Assembly (NCBI GenBank): GCA_002811645.1
Contig: PDIP01000016.1
Coordinates: forward strand, 1-64,000
Length of the DNA: 64,000 nucleotides
Reading direction: 5' to 3'
Source of the DNA: Corallochytrium limacisporum Hawaii
Taxonomy: Eukaryota; Protista; Pluriformea
The notes under the pieces: generated by a model
Database searches by the model: none
What the model saw: the letters and a program-made list of their open reading frames with translations, nothing else
Told to the model about the DNA's origin: nothing
In this document: positions 9,268-19,945 of the stretch, one piece after another
How the letters are laid out: every line of letters begins with the position of its first letter
Numbering within the stretch: the stretch's first letter is position 1
Position numbers and translations under genes: made by a program

Positions 9268-12200
9268 ATGTTGTACTCATTACTTTCGGCACCGGCGGCC
9301 CTTGCCGAGCCCATTAGGAAACCGCTAGTTGAATTTCTTGTGAAGCGGTTGGTGGGTGCATGGTTGGAAACAGATTTGGATAGTCAGCAGGTAAGTTTTT
9401 CCGGTGGGGTCTTCACTCTGCGAAACCTTCAGTTGGATAGAGAACTGCTGAACAGTATGCTCAATGATGACTTTATTGTAAGGGAAGCCAAGATAAACAC
9501 AGTCAGAGTCCCATTGAATGATTTGGCAAAGATTTGGGAAAAGGGACTCTGTTTGCTCGTAGAAGGCGTCTTCATTGCTTGTGAACCAAAGTCCTTGACA
9601 CAGGACACGGCACAGAATGTGGTGGAAATGTTAGATGAACCCATGATCAGGGAGAAAATTGATAAGCTTAGTGCCAGTTTCATGTCCGAATCTGGTGCTT
9701 TAGCGGACGAGTTCATTGATAAAGAGGGCCAAGCTGAGCAGGCACGGTCAACAGATTCTTTCGATATTGGTCAGGGACCAGAGGAGCAGTCAGAGGGTCA
9801 ACCGGAGAAACCAGCCTCTTCATCCGATTCACCTCCGGGCAGCGCCGGCCTGGGTGCGGATAGTTACGGAAGAGATGCGCTGGCCAGCGTCATTGAGAAC
9901 GTGTTGGGTAAGACCACATTCGACTTCAGGGAGATTAACCTCCGTGTTGGTCGTCGAGAGTGGGCAGAGGCTGAGCGCGATGGCAGTGGTGCTCCGGCAG
10001 AGGGATTTGGACTCCACTTACAGATCAAAGAGGTTGTGTCAAGAGATCACAAGCGAGTGAATGAAGCTTGGGATGCGATGGCGGCTCCGTCGCGTAGCGC
10101 TGTGGACGATGATGCTTTCTATGCGGTGTACGATGAGGAAGCTTCAGGGAAGGGCTCCTCAGAGCGTCTCTCACCCGGTGACAAGGATTGGGATGATCGC
10201 GAGAGCGATCTGAGTGCAAGTGGCATGGACGAACGAGAGCACGACACAGACAGGTTCTATGATCCCATGCCAACCGGTTCAGAGCACGGTACGAGCAGCT
10301 CTAGCAAGAAAAAGCAGAGTCCTGATGATCATAAGTCGCCACGGTCGCCCAGAATGCGTAAGGAGTCGACCCCTTCACGCACCAATGACGACGAAGACGT
10401 ACACGATCCTCAGGATACAGGTGATAGTCCGCCGGCACTGAGCGGCTCATATATATTCCGAGTGGAAGGCATCAAACTTTTCTTTGAAGTCTTCAGCAAG
10501 ACGGGTACAAAATCCTGGTTGATTGCTACTGACTTGGGAGCCGACGGTAACCACTTGGTCGTTGAGATTCCGCCCGGTGAGCCCATGTCTATTGATGTTG
10601 ACATGGCATGTATCTGGGCTTACTTCAGCCCTCAACAAATGTTTGCCATCATTGACGCACTCGGTCTGAGCCGGAAGCTGAATGATGCGTATCGGGCTAT
10701 GAGGGGCGAACCTTTGCTCTCGGAGCAGGAGCAGACTGCCACGTCCAACCCTTACAGCAAGCATATGATGGACTCATTCGTGGGAACAAAGTCCTATCCT
10801 AATGGGCCAGCTCCAGCTTCCGGTGACAGCTCCCCGACCACGGGCGTAGGAACTCGATTTGGCTTCTCCATTGGTGCAATCATGCTGAACATGATCATTG
10901 ATGGTCCCGCATCACATAACGCAGGTCGCAGTGCCAGGGAAGTGGAATCCAACATTCGTATGATCTTGCGAGAACAGACGGCACGGTGGTCTGATTCGAA
11001 GTTCACAGTCCAGGTCCTACAGAAAGCAGGCGCGGAGGCAAATGCCCAAAATGTGCTGTTATGGATCATGACGGACCTCAAGTTTTCGGACCAACCGACA
11101 ACTCAGGACCGAAGTGAGACCAGGACACGTCTTACTGTGGGCGATATGTCACTTTGTGAACTGAACTACTATGCCCCGTGCCTATCCGACACCCATGAAT
11201 GCACAAAGATTTCGAATGACGACGAGCCAATTGTTTCTCATATTGTTCACCGTCTGGACCCTGACGCATGTGGAAAGGGCTTCGAGGGCATCCGTGAGAG
11301 GGATGCTATCCTGCGGATTGTCAACACACACGATGCGCGGAACGGGAAAAAGATCAACAGCGAGTGTGAGATTGCTCCGTTGAAGATCACCATTGATCCA
11401 TCTTTGTTGACGAGAACCCACCTTCCCAAGGGACTTATGGCTATGTTCTTCGGTGGTTCTGAGACTGGTATGCCAGGGGACCGTCCAGCAGGCTTGGTGG
11501 CAGATGATATCGTCATCTCAAGATTCATGGCGGAGACCATTGATCTTGAGATACTGGCGTGGCCCTCCGGAAACATTTGCGAACACTGTATTCGACAGGA
11601 CACCAGCCAGCATACGTCACTCAACCTTCACTCGGAATATGTGGATCTGAGGTTAGAAGCTAATGGGACCACCAAGGAGTGGGAAAAGATCGTCGGCAGA
11701 GCTGCCAGTATTTCCCTCGAAGTAGAGGAGTACTTGCAACTACAACGTGGCGAGAAGAGGGGCTCGCACGCATATCAATTGCTCCGCGGGCTTGATGGAC
11801 CTATCAAGATGTCGCTTACCCTCGACGCCGACGCCACCGCTGAAGGACTGACCACCGTTTACGAGCCAATGCGACCGGAAAATGTGCCGACCGGATTCTA
11901 CTTGCCTGCTGAGGGAAAGAACCGGCAACAACTGATTCAGAGAATGCGTGCCGAGAGTACGCTGTGGATCGATTTGGAGGCGAATGGTATTGGATGCCAC
12001 ATGTGTGACAAGCGGGCAAAATTGCTGGGTGACTTCCTCGGGGATTTACGAACCGCCCATGAGAAGGGTTGGCTGCATGTCACCACGACCGGCTCCTCCA
12101 AGCGTGTTGCGCCGATGGAGAAGGACCCGGGGACACCTGAGTTGGTAGAAGCGAGCGTATATGCGGGAGAATCTGGGCTCATTGAGAGCATGCTGTTCTT

Positions 12201-15200
12201 TGATGCCACCGACGACTTTGAGGCAGAAGTTACCAGCGTACGTCAAGATATCATGGGCAAGAGTCTTCTTGCGTCCAAAGGCCCTGAATCACCTCTAGCC
12301 AATCCCAAGGAACAGACTACCGACCATGATCTGCGGGCAGATGGGAGATCTTCTTGGGGCTGGCGTCTGCGAGTCAAGCATTGCGAAACTTTCTTCAGCC
12401 GTGGCCAGGGGACCCAGTCGGTATTTGGCAATGACTACAGGCTGTCTTTCTACACCTTGAGCATGACCCACGCGGTGTCTGCAAGCTTGATGCAGTCGAT
12501 CTCTACCATGCAGTGTATGGAGGCTTTGGCAAGCGAGGGTACGTTCCAGGTCATCCGCTGCGTGGAGAGGGGAACTGTGAACAGTCCGTTACTGGACTTT
12601 GCGTACCTCAGCGATCTTGAGAACGATGATGACTTGGCCAACATTGACCTATCTCAGAGCATTGCCACTCGGTCAAAGAGCAAGTACTACCTTGCTCTTC
12701 GAAATGTTGTCACGCGACAGAGGATCACGTCGAAGAGCGATAATCCACACTGGTCTACTGTGATTTCTACCATTCTCTCACCAATTTTGCAGGCACTAAA
12801 TCCACCGATCACGGACGAGGACCTCACTAACGAAAAGCACGAAGGAAGTTCTAAGCCATTGGACGCCAGCGATGCAATGTCTCATGTATCTTCCACCAAG
12901 GCGAAGCAGGGCAGCATTGTGTACTTTGCCATTCAACATTCGGTGATTGAGTTGGTGCCTGAGTCTATCCCAATCTGGGGAGCCATTCGCGTTGACGGTG
13001 GCCTTTACTTTGGCTTCGGTACAGAACCGGTGCTCAAGTACCGAGCGCATGCTGATCAGTGCCATCTGCTGGTGAGTGACTGGGACATGCCAGACATGCA
13101 TAAGGTTATCATCACCACGGCGGGGTACACTCCCGATATGGCCAGCCCACCGGGTGTGGGATCCCTTCCGAATGATTGGACCCCGTGGTATGGCACCAAG
13201 TGGCTGCGCCAACACGGTCTAGTGCGCAATGTCACACTGCTTGAAGGCAGCCTTGCCCAGGGAGAGAATGAGAGCTGGATTAAGCCCGTGACGCTAGAAT
13301 GCAGTGGTTGTCTAGATGTCTACCACGCGAGCATGACTCTGCTGAGATACGTCGGCGCCGGAGGTGATGACTACGATCCGGGTTCCAACGTAGGTAAGAC
13401 AGATTCTATGTCGCCATCCGAGAGCATGGCCAGTGGTGTGGATCAGCCTGCACCGGACACCACTGCAGACCTGGCGCGGGAACTGAATGAAGCCATGAAC
13501 CTGGGACTCACCATGGTGGACAAGTCGTCAAGTGGTTCATCCAAGATGGCAGGTAGCAGTGGCAAGTCCATGGCTGATGCGCCCGACCTCACCGCTGCTG
13601 CAAGCAAGGGTGTAGCCATGGACGGAGCCGTGCAACGAGTGAGTGATGGACCTATGCTGACCGCAGTGCAGGACGATTACTTTGCTAGAAAATCGGAGGA
13701 GACGGAAGGTGGTGCCAGCAGGACGGGAGCAGAGACTTCGCAGCATCAACGTGGATCGACAGCGAGCGCACACACGCCCCGGGGATTCAAGGAAGGTGCC
13801 AATGTCATGAACTTCGACGACGTCAATGTGATCATGGTGGTGTTTGCGGGAGCGGACTTCAAGCCCTTCTCAGAAGTAGAAGAGGAGATGCCTCCCGAGC
13901 CGAAGAAGGTAGAGGAGCTGGATGCCTCCATTGCGGATTCGTATATGGCCGAGGTGGACGAGGACGAGGACGACGCTACGGAATCCCAGTTATATCATTC
14001 CACCGTAGAGAGTCATTCACCGCCTCCTGCGCCGGGAAAAAGGGACGGTGAAGATGGCAGCTTCCAGCAGCAGCATCAGGGCAGGGATGCGAACAGGTTC
14101 ATTCTCGTGCGAATTGGTGGTGTGCAGGGCTACTATGCAACCGGCGCGAGCAGTAGCGCAGGGGTTGCGTCTTCTGGGGGCGGTGGTGCGCGTTCCGGTG
14201 CCCCCAGTGCCACTGTTACGGACAGCATCAAGGTCACTCTGGACCACATCAGCGTGGAGGACCACGTGCAGGACTCACAATTCAGCCATCTGTTCAACGA
14301 GTGGGCTGTGCCAAGCGAGCCCCGTGACTCCTCCCTACCGCAGGTATCGATTCTCTGCGAGTTGCTGCGCCAACAGTCGACTGACACATCGTCGTCATCG
14401 TCGGACAGTCCGAACACTGTCGATCGCCGCCGTCCCAAAGGCCGCGTCCAGGACGTCCGTCTGTCGGTCACTCTGCAGCCGTTCCGCATTGCCATTGATC
14501 AGGATACACTGCTCGTTCTGCTCGATTCATGGTGCCTCCAGCACTCGGTGCGCATGCAGACGCTGGAGGCACAGCTCGCCGCTACGCTACCGGCCACGCA
14601 ATACTATTTCCACTACGTCTCCATCGCGGCTTGCCGCCTGCGCGTGGACTACCTGCCTAAGCGTGTCGACTACGACGCCCTGCGTAACCTGAGCTTTGGT
14701 GAGCTGATCAATGTCATGGCCCTGGAGAATGTGAACATTACACTGCCCAAGGTTAAGGTGATCGGTGTCCTTGGCATGGCCCCGCTGGTCGATCGCATGG
14801 CTGAGATATATGTGCCTCACGTGCAGAACTCGGAGCTCCTGAACCTGATCCGTGGAATTGGTCTGGTGGGACGGGTGCTGAACATGGGCACTGGCATTGC
14901 GGATCTCGTCCTGTTGCCGATCCAACAATACATGAAAGATGGTCGCTTCCTTTGGGGTCTGAGGCGCGGGGCGGACTCTTTTCTGCGTACCACGAGCGGT
15001 GAAACGCTGCGCCTAAGTGCGCAAGTGGCTGGCAGCACACACGGCCTGCTGCAGCGCGTCCATCAGCTGCTTGTCAGTGCCGGACTGGAGGAAGCGATTC
15101 CCGAGGAGCAGGAGTCTGCAGCGATGGCGGACAGTGAGGAACGGCGCGAGTATCTGCTGTCTGAGTCCGGAGTGCACGCACGACATCAACGGATGCCCAT

Positions 15201-15582
15201 GCCCGCCGGGTCGCTGACAGTGGCACTACTCAAGGGCAACCCCGCACAGTTTCGAGACGAACCCGACACGTTGCAGGAGGGCCTGCGCCGGGCATTGTCG
15301 TCAGTGCAGGAGGGTGTCAGTGAGGCAGCACGCATCGTCGTCGCTGTTCCGGTCGCGGGTTCCTCCGATGACTCATCGACCTCCGGGTACTCAGCAGCCG
15401 TGCGGGCCGTGCCAGTGGCGCTGATTCGTCCTGCCTTGGGCATCAGCGATGCGATGCAACAGGTGCTGCAGGGACTGCGCAATGAGTTTTACCCAGAGTA
15501 CCGAGCCGCAGACGGCCCTGGTGGGGTTACGGGATCCACGGGGAAGGGAACTAGCGGCGGCGGTGGGCGATCCGGGACGTGA
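9268..15582 (+). CDS. ATG2: Autophagy-related protein 2 (bridge-like lipid transfer protein)
   Basis: 2104-aa intronless ORF. N-terminal chorein-like region. C-terminal motifs DYLPKRVDYDALR and GIADLVLLPIQQYMKDGRFLWGLRRGADSF, and ATG_C motif AVRAVPVALIRPALG...GLRN. Confidence 0.95.
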   Translation: MLYSLLSAPAALAEPIRKPLVEFLVKRLVGAWLETDLDSQQVSFSGGVFTLRNLQLDRELLNSMLNDDFIVREAKINTVRVPLNDLAKIWEKGLCLLVEGVFIACEPKSLTQDTAQNVVEMLDEPMIREKIDKLSASFMSESGALADEFIDKEGQAEQARSTDSFDIGQGPEEQSEGQPEKPASSSDSPPGSAGLGADSYGRDALASVIENVLGKTTFDFREINLRVGRREWAEAERDGSGAPAEGFGLHLQIKEVVSRDHKRVNEAWDAMAAPSRSAVDDDAFYAVYDEEASGKGSSERLSPGDKDWDDRESDLSASGMDEREHDTDRFYDPMPTGSEHGTSSSSKKKQSPDDHKSPRSPRMRKESTPSRTNDDEDVHDPQDTGDSPPALSGSYIFRVEGIKLFFEVFSKTGTKSWLIATDLGADGNHLVVEIPPGEPMSIDVDMACIWAYFSPQQMFAIIDALGLSRKLNDAYRAMRGEPLLSEQEQTATSNPYSKHMMDSFVGTKSYPNGPAPASGDSSPTTGVGTRFGFSIGAIMLNMIIDGPASHNAGRSAREVESNIRMILREQTARWSDSKFTVQVLQKAGAEANAQNVLLWIMTDLKFSDQPTTQDRSETRTRLTVGDMSLCELNYYAPCLSDTHECTKISNDDEPIVSHIVHRLDPDACGKGFEGIRERDAILRIVNTHDARNGKKINSECEIAPLKITIDPSLLTRTHLPKGLMAMFFGGSETGMPGDRPAGLVADDIVISRFMAETIDLEILAWPSGNICEHCIRQDTSQHTSLNLHSEYVDLRLEANGTTKEWEKIVGRAASISLEVEEYLQLQRGEKRGSHAYQLLRGLDGPIKMSLTLDADATAEGLTTVYEPMRPENVPTGFYLPAEGKNRQQLIQRMRAESTLWIDLEANGIGCHMCDKRAKLLGDFLGDLRTAHEKGWLHVTTTGSSKRVAPMEKDPGTPELVEASVYAGESGLIESMLFFDATDDFEAEVTSVRQDIMGKSLLASKGPESPLANPKEQTTDHDLRADGRSSWGWRLRVKHCETFFSRGQGTQSVFGNDYRLSFYTLSMTHAVSASLMQSISTMQCMEALASEGTFQVIRCVERGTVNSPLLDFAYLSDLENDDDLANIDLSQSIATRSKSKYYLALRNVVTRQRITSKSDNPHWSTVISTILSPILQALNPPITDEDLTNEKHEGSSKPLDASDAMSHVSSTKAKQGSIVYFAIQHSVIELVPESIPIWGAIRVDGGLYFGFGTEPVLKYRAHADQCHLLVSDWDMPDMHKVIITTAGYTPDMASPPGVGSLPNDWTPWYGTKWLRQHGLVRNVTLLEGSLAQGENESWIKPVTLECSGCLDVYHASMTLLRYVGAGGDDYDPGSNVGKTDSMSPSESMASGVDQPAPDTTADLARELNEAMNLGLTMVDKSSSGSSKMAGSSGKSMADAPDLTAAASKGVAMDGAVQRVSDGPMLTAVQDDYFARKSEETEGGASRTGAETSQHQRGSTASAHTPRGFKEGANVMNFDDVNVIMVVFAGADFKPFSEVEEEMPPEPKKVEELDASIADSYMAEVDEDEDDATESQLYHSTVESHSPPPAPGKRDGEDGSFQQQHQGRDANRFILVRIGGVQGYYATGASSSAGVASSGGGGARSGAPSATVTDSIKVTLDHISVEDHVQDSQFSHLFNEWAVPSEPRDSSLPQVSILCELLRQQSTDTSSSSSDSPNTVDRRRPKGRVQDVRLSVTLQPFRIAIDQDTLLVLLDSWCLQHSVRMQTLEAQLAATLPATQYYFHYVSIAACRLRVDYLPKRVDYDALRNLSFGELINVMALENVNITLPKVKVIGVLGMAPLVDRMAEIYVPHVQNSELLNLIRGIGLVGRVLNMGTGIADLVLLPIQQYMKDGRFLWGLRRGADSFLRTTSGETLRLSAQVAGSTHGLLQRVHQLLVSAGLEEAIPEEQESAAMADSEERREYLLSESGVHARHQRMPMPAGSLTVALLKGNPAQFRDEPDTLQEGLRRALSSVQEGVSEAARIVVAVPVAGSSDDSSTSGYSAAVRAVPVALIRPALGISDAMQQVLQGLRNEFYPEYRAADGPGGVTGSTGKGTSGGGGRSGT

Positions 15583-16843
15583 GGCGTGACCACCCTTTCG
15601 GCAGCCAACGGTCTCCCAAAGCCTTCCTCTGTGTATCCGTTCGACGCAAACGTTGCCGTGGGTGTTTGGGGGGGGGGACGAAGGCAATTTTTCTTGGGAA
15701 ATCACCATGGCGCACATTTCATGCAAAATTGGTTTCCTCGTTTTTTGTTGGCCATTTATATTTTCACACCTTTATATGTATATACATTCGTATACACACA
15801 TGAAGTATATTGATCTTTGCTCCGCATGGGACCCAAACGTTTCCTTTCCCCTGGAGCCAGTACTTATTCCTTTGGGCTTTTTTCTTTTTTTTTACACCGT
15901 GCGGCTGCCCAACGGCCAAGAAAAAGGGACTCCCCCTTCCTCCACCTCCTGCCCCCCTCCCTTCAACCAAAAACCCAAGTTAGTCACCAGGAGGCGCGCG
16001 ATGAAGGCGGGTTGTGCCAGCGTGGAGAAGAAGGGCAGGAAGGCCAGGTAGGCGGCGGAGAGAGAGAGAGAGCAGGAGGAGGAAAAAGTCATAGATTTTT
16101 CCCTGCCCCCTCTCCCCCGGGGAAAAGAGAAGGGGGGGGGCCATTGCCCGTTACAGCAGGTCCGATGGTAAGAAATGGCGATGAAGTCACACACTCCCTG
16201 CGACGGAAGAAAAGAAAGAAAAAGGGTGGGAGAGGGGAGCGAAAGAGAGAGAGAGCGCGCCCCGATTTTTTCCTTAATTTCTTCATTTTTATTTTTGCTT
16301 TTTACTTTTTTTTCCCTTTTTCTTTCTCTCCCGGCTCGGGCCCGTTGCGTAGTATGGCCCAGGTTGCGCGGCCCACTGGTGCCCCAAGGGTGGCGGCAAC
16401 AAACAAAAGAAAAAGTCAACGGAATCCCGGACCCCCCCCCCCCGGGGGGAAGGGAGGGTGTGGGCCCCATCCCACGAGATCCGATGTGTGCAATGGGGGG
16501 ATTATCAACGAGGGCACGGAGGGCAGCGGTCCGGCGCCCTCCATCGAAATTCATTAGGTAGAGAGGTAGTGAGAGAAACATTTCATACATAAACATGTCA
16601 ACACACAGAGATACGGTATGTATGGTACAAAGTCTTACCTGTATATTGGAAAGAAGACAACAGTTTCCACCTGCCTTTCTCGGTTTTTTGAACAGATCAC
16701 TGTGATTCTTCTTTACAAATTCTTTGTTATGTTCAAGGATGGAATTTAGGAATGATGGTTGATGATGCTAACATGATTGATGATAAAAGTGGGGGTGAGA
16801 AATGTTACCCCGTCGGGTTCTCTGCCTCTATGCAGCCCTTTCC

Positions 16844-18115
16844 CTATGCGTAGCCCTGGTAGGTAGCCTTTTCACCCATGGGCATCTTATCCATGTCCTC
16901 CTCCTCGTGGACGGCGACCTTCCACAGAGTCAGGCACAGACAAATCAGCATGATGCTCATGAACAAGCAGGTCACCCACAGAATGGTGTAGGCTTCGATA
17001 GACTCATCACAGACGTGGTCATAGGCAAAGCTTTGGTACAACTGTTGCACGGGCTCGCACTGGACGTCTTCTTCAAGACTGACGAGGTTGGTTTGGATGT
17101 TGTTCAGTTCGGTAGTAAGGGAGTCGACTGTGGAGCTGCCACAGGAAGCTGGGATCAGTTCCACAAACGCCAAACCGGTCGTCACGTCGGACTGGGCCTG
17201 CTCAAGGTCACCCTCGAGCTCGTTGGTACCTTCACAAGTGATGTAGTACATCAGGAGGTCCTCTTCAGCCCCGCTGAACTTGTTGACAAGTGCCACAGTG
17301 TTGGTGTCCGGATCGATGCAGTAGTCGGAACCGGTGGCAGTGTATGCCATAAACACAAAAGTGCCGAGGAAGACAAAGATGAAGGCAGTGGTGCCGACGC
17401 GCAACATCCACCTGGAAATCTTGGTGTTGCGAGTGGTGTTGAAGGAGCGCCTTCTGCAGACGTCGACCAGGACGAATGCACAGCCAATCACGAAAACCAG
17501 GACAAAGAGCAACACAGCGATGAAAATTGCGAAGGGTACCTTGGACGTATTCGAGGTCTTGTTAGACACGAGAATGATATCGTCCGGAGTGTCGCCAATG
17601 GCGTTCAAGAAATCGTTGACCGTGCCGTTAAGGGTAGCCACCTGGGCCTGGACATCGGCGATCTCTTCTTCTCCCGCGGCGCAGGCCGCCGAGAGAGTGT
17701 CCAGGTCCGAGGAGATGGTTCCAATGGAGCCCTGGATCGACGTCATGCCGTCCTCAGCGTTCTGCAGCAAGTTGGCGGCGTCTGTGAGGTCGCTGGTGGC
17801 GCTATCGACACTCGTCAGGGCATTGATGTTGCCGACCAGAGCGACAATGATAGCGGCAAAGACCAAGAAGAGAGCCATGAGCCAGAAGAGCCGTCCGAGG
17901 TTGGTGGCCCGGCGGTTTGCGTAGTAGTGCTTGCGGCTGGTGGGTCCACACAGCATAATGCACGAGATTGGAATAACCAGGATGGCCCAGGGCAGGAGAA
18001 TGAGACCGATGCCTACCCAGTAGTTGCTCTCTGTGGGTTCGAAGGTGTTCCCGCCTCGGAGGCGAGGCAAATCATGCATGGCCTCAACGAGGGTGCTCGG
18101 GTTGTATGTGGTCAT
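16844..18115 (-). CDS. Tweety-family (TTYH) membrane protein
   Basis: N-terminal PS...HDLP...NTFEP..NY, five hydrophobic helices, SDYCIDPD, YYITC, and conserved C-terminal Cys pattern (QCEPV, HVCDE). Confidence 0.85.
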   Translation of the reverse strand: MTTYNPSTLVEAMHDLPRLRGGNTFEPTESNYWVGIGLILLPWAILVIPISCIMLCGPTSRKHYYANRRATNLGRLFWLMALFLVFAAIIVALVGNINALTSVDSATSDLTDAANLLQNAEDGMTSIQGSIGTISSDLDTLSAACAAGEEEIADVQAQVATLNGTVNDFLNAIGDTPDDIILVSNKTSNTSKVPFAIFIAVLLFVLVFVIGCAFVLVDVCRRRSFNTTRNTKISRWMLRVGTTAFIFVFLGTFVFMAYTATGSDYCIDPDTNTVALVNKFSGAEEDLLMYYITCEGTNELEGDLEQAQSDVTTGLAFVELIPASCGSSTVDSLTTELNNIQTNLVSLEEDVQCEPVQQLYQSFAYDHVCDESIEAYTILWVTCLFMSIMLICLCLTLWKVAVHEEEDMDKMPMGEKATYQGYA

Positions 18116-19726
18116 GGTGAATGGAGTCTGTTGTGTTTGCTTGCTAAACCGAAATGTTGTCTATCACAGGTATGTATCTATCCTTTACTCTCTGGTGTCG
18201 CGGCGTGTTATGCCTTACCAAGTATGGTGGTAACAAGTTTGGGAATACCAATTGGAATGATCTCTTAAATACCCCTTCCTCAAACTCCTTCTTCTGCAAT
18301 CTCTTGGTGATATGTCTATTTCACTGTCTGAAACAAACACACGCACACATAAACAGAAGAAGTTGTCACTTTGGTACCGTTATTTCAACACTCCTTCGCA
18401 GTCCACTTCACCTCGCTTATATCGGTCCTTCTTGGACCCGAAAACGCGCAGCCACACGCACACCGGCTTGCAGCTCACTACATGACTCCTTGTTTCTCTT
18501 TCAGAGGACACAAACTTTCCTTTACAGACCCACGTCACAAGGAACACCCTGCGACTAAGCACAGGCACAATTTCTCAAGTCTCCTCGCAAAGCAGCGCGC
18601 ACACACACACACAAGCAAGCGCGTAGGGTACTGACAGGTAGAGTTTCTTCCTCTCCAAAGGTTGACGCTGCCAAACTTTTCTCTCACTCAATTCGCCTGC
18701 GATGTCCAAGAGAACAAAAAAGGGCCGGGGTCTTCTCTCCCCCTCCCCCCTTTTCCCCCCTCCCCTCTCCCTCTCCCTCTCCCATTCTTCTCTTCCCCTC
18801 TCTCTCCACCTCCTCCCCCCCACCCCTCCCTTGGAACGAAAACAGGCAGCAGGTAGGTTTTGTATTGACACAGCGTGACGGAATCACCCACCAAAACACG
18901 AAAATATGAAGGGGGGATGATATCCTTTTGGCGACTCATAAGCTTTTAGGGTGCCAGACTAGTGTGGTGCGGACGAATTGGGAACAAAAAGTTAAGTGAT
19001 GGCAAAGGAGGAGAGGAATCGAGTACGGCGGCCGGTAAGTGCAGATGGGGAAGACTTACTATACAGAGACAATAGATTTTAAACAATGGACACGGCCCGA
19101 GGTTTGGGGAGAAGAAGGGGGGGGAAGAGGAGGGAGGACGGGGGAGGCGTGCCAAAAATGAAACGAAACAAATCATGGGCTCATGCGAATTAAAAAGGAA
19201 AGGACGAACACGACCCAAAACTTTAAATTACTCATCGTCGTTGCCATTCCTCTCCCCTCCCCTCTTCTCTTCGCTTCGCTTCGGTTCGCTTCTTCCATTC
19301 TCCCTACTCTCTCTCTCTCTGTCCCCCCTCCACGCGGCCTCTTCTTCTCCCCAAGCTTCTTATCGTAGATCCGACTATTCTTGCTCAGCCAGATTTTTCG
19401 GTTGGGGACTCTCTCTTTTCGCGGCATTATTTTTTTCTCAAGGTTAAAATACTGCGAGACCACACTGACGGTGGTGGGTCTAACTTTTTTGCTGGCGGTC
19501 CTCTCGCACTCGCGCACTCTCTCTCTCTCTGTTGGTTCCCCGGGGATTTCGCCCGGGTCTGGGTCCCTCCCTTCCCTGCCCGGTGCGATGTACCCGGTAC
19601 ATTTACTATGAAGCGGTGGCGAAAAAAGCCAAAGGCCACGGTTTCTCGCTCTGTGATTGGCCCGCTTGCGCACGGGAGCGGTGGGAGTCCCCAGCACGCC
19701 AATCGCAGGTGCCGTCTCCACTGCTT

Positions 19727-19730
<4 letters not shown>

Positions 19731-19770
<40 letters not shown>

Positions 19771-19888
19771 TCTCTCTCTCTCTCTCTCNNNNNNNNNNNN
19801 NNNNNNNNNNNNNNNNNNNNNNNNNNNNNNNNNNNNNNNNNGGTGGGAGTCCCCAGCACGCCAATCGCAGGTGCCGTCTCCACTGCTT

Positions 19889-19930
<42 letters not shown>

Positions 19931-19945
19931 TCTCTCTCTCTCTCC
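19731..19945. repeat. Compound (GT)n(CT)n microsatellite, duplicated across assembly gap 19789-19841
   Basis: (tg)n followed by (tc)n on both sides of the N run, with about 50 bp of identical unique flank. Confidence 0.9.

Noticed and set aside
16802-18268. 488-aa plus-strand ORF
   Set aside because: Antisense shadow of the Tweety gene, with no motifs.
19680-19945. Apparent direct duplication of about 110 bp
   Set aside because: The copies sit on either side of an N gap and end in the same microsatellite, typical of an unmerged contig overlap.
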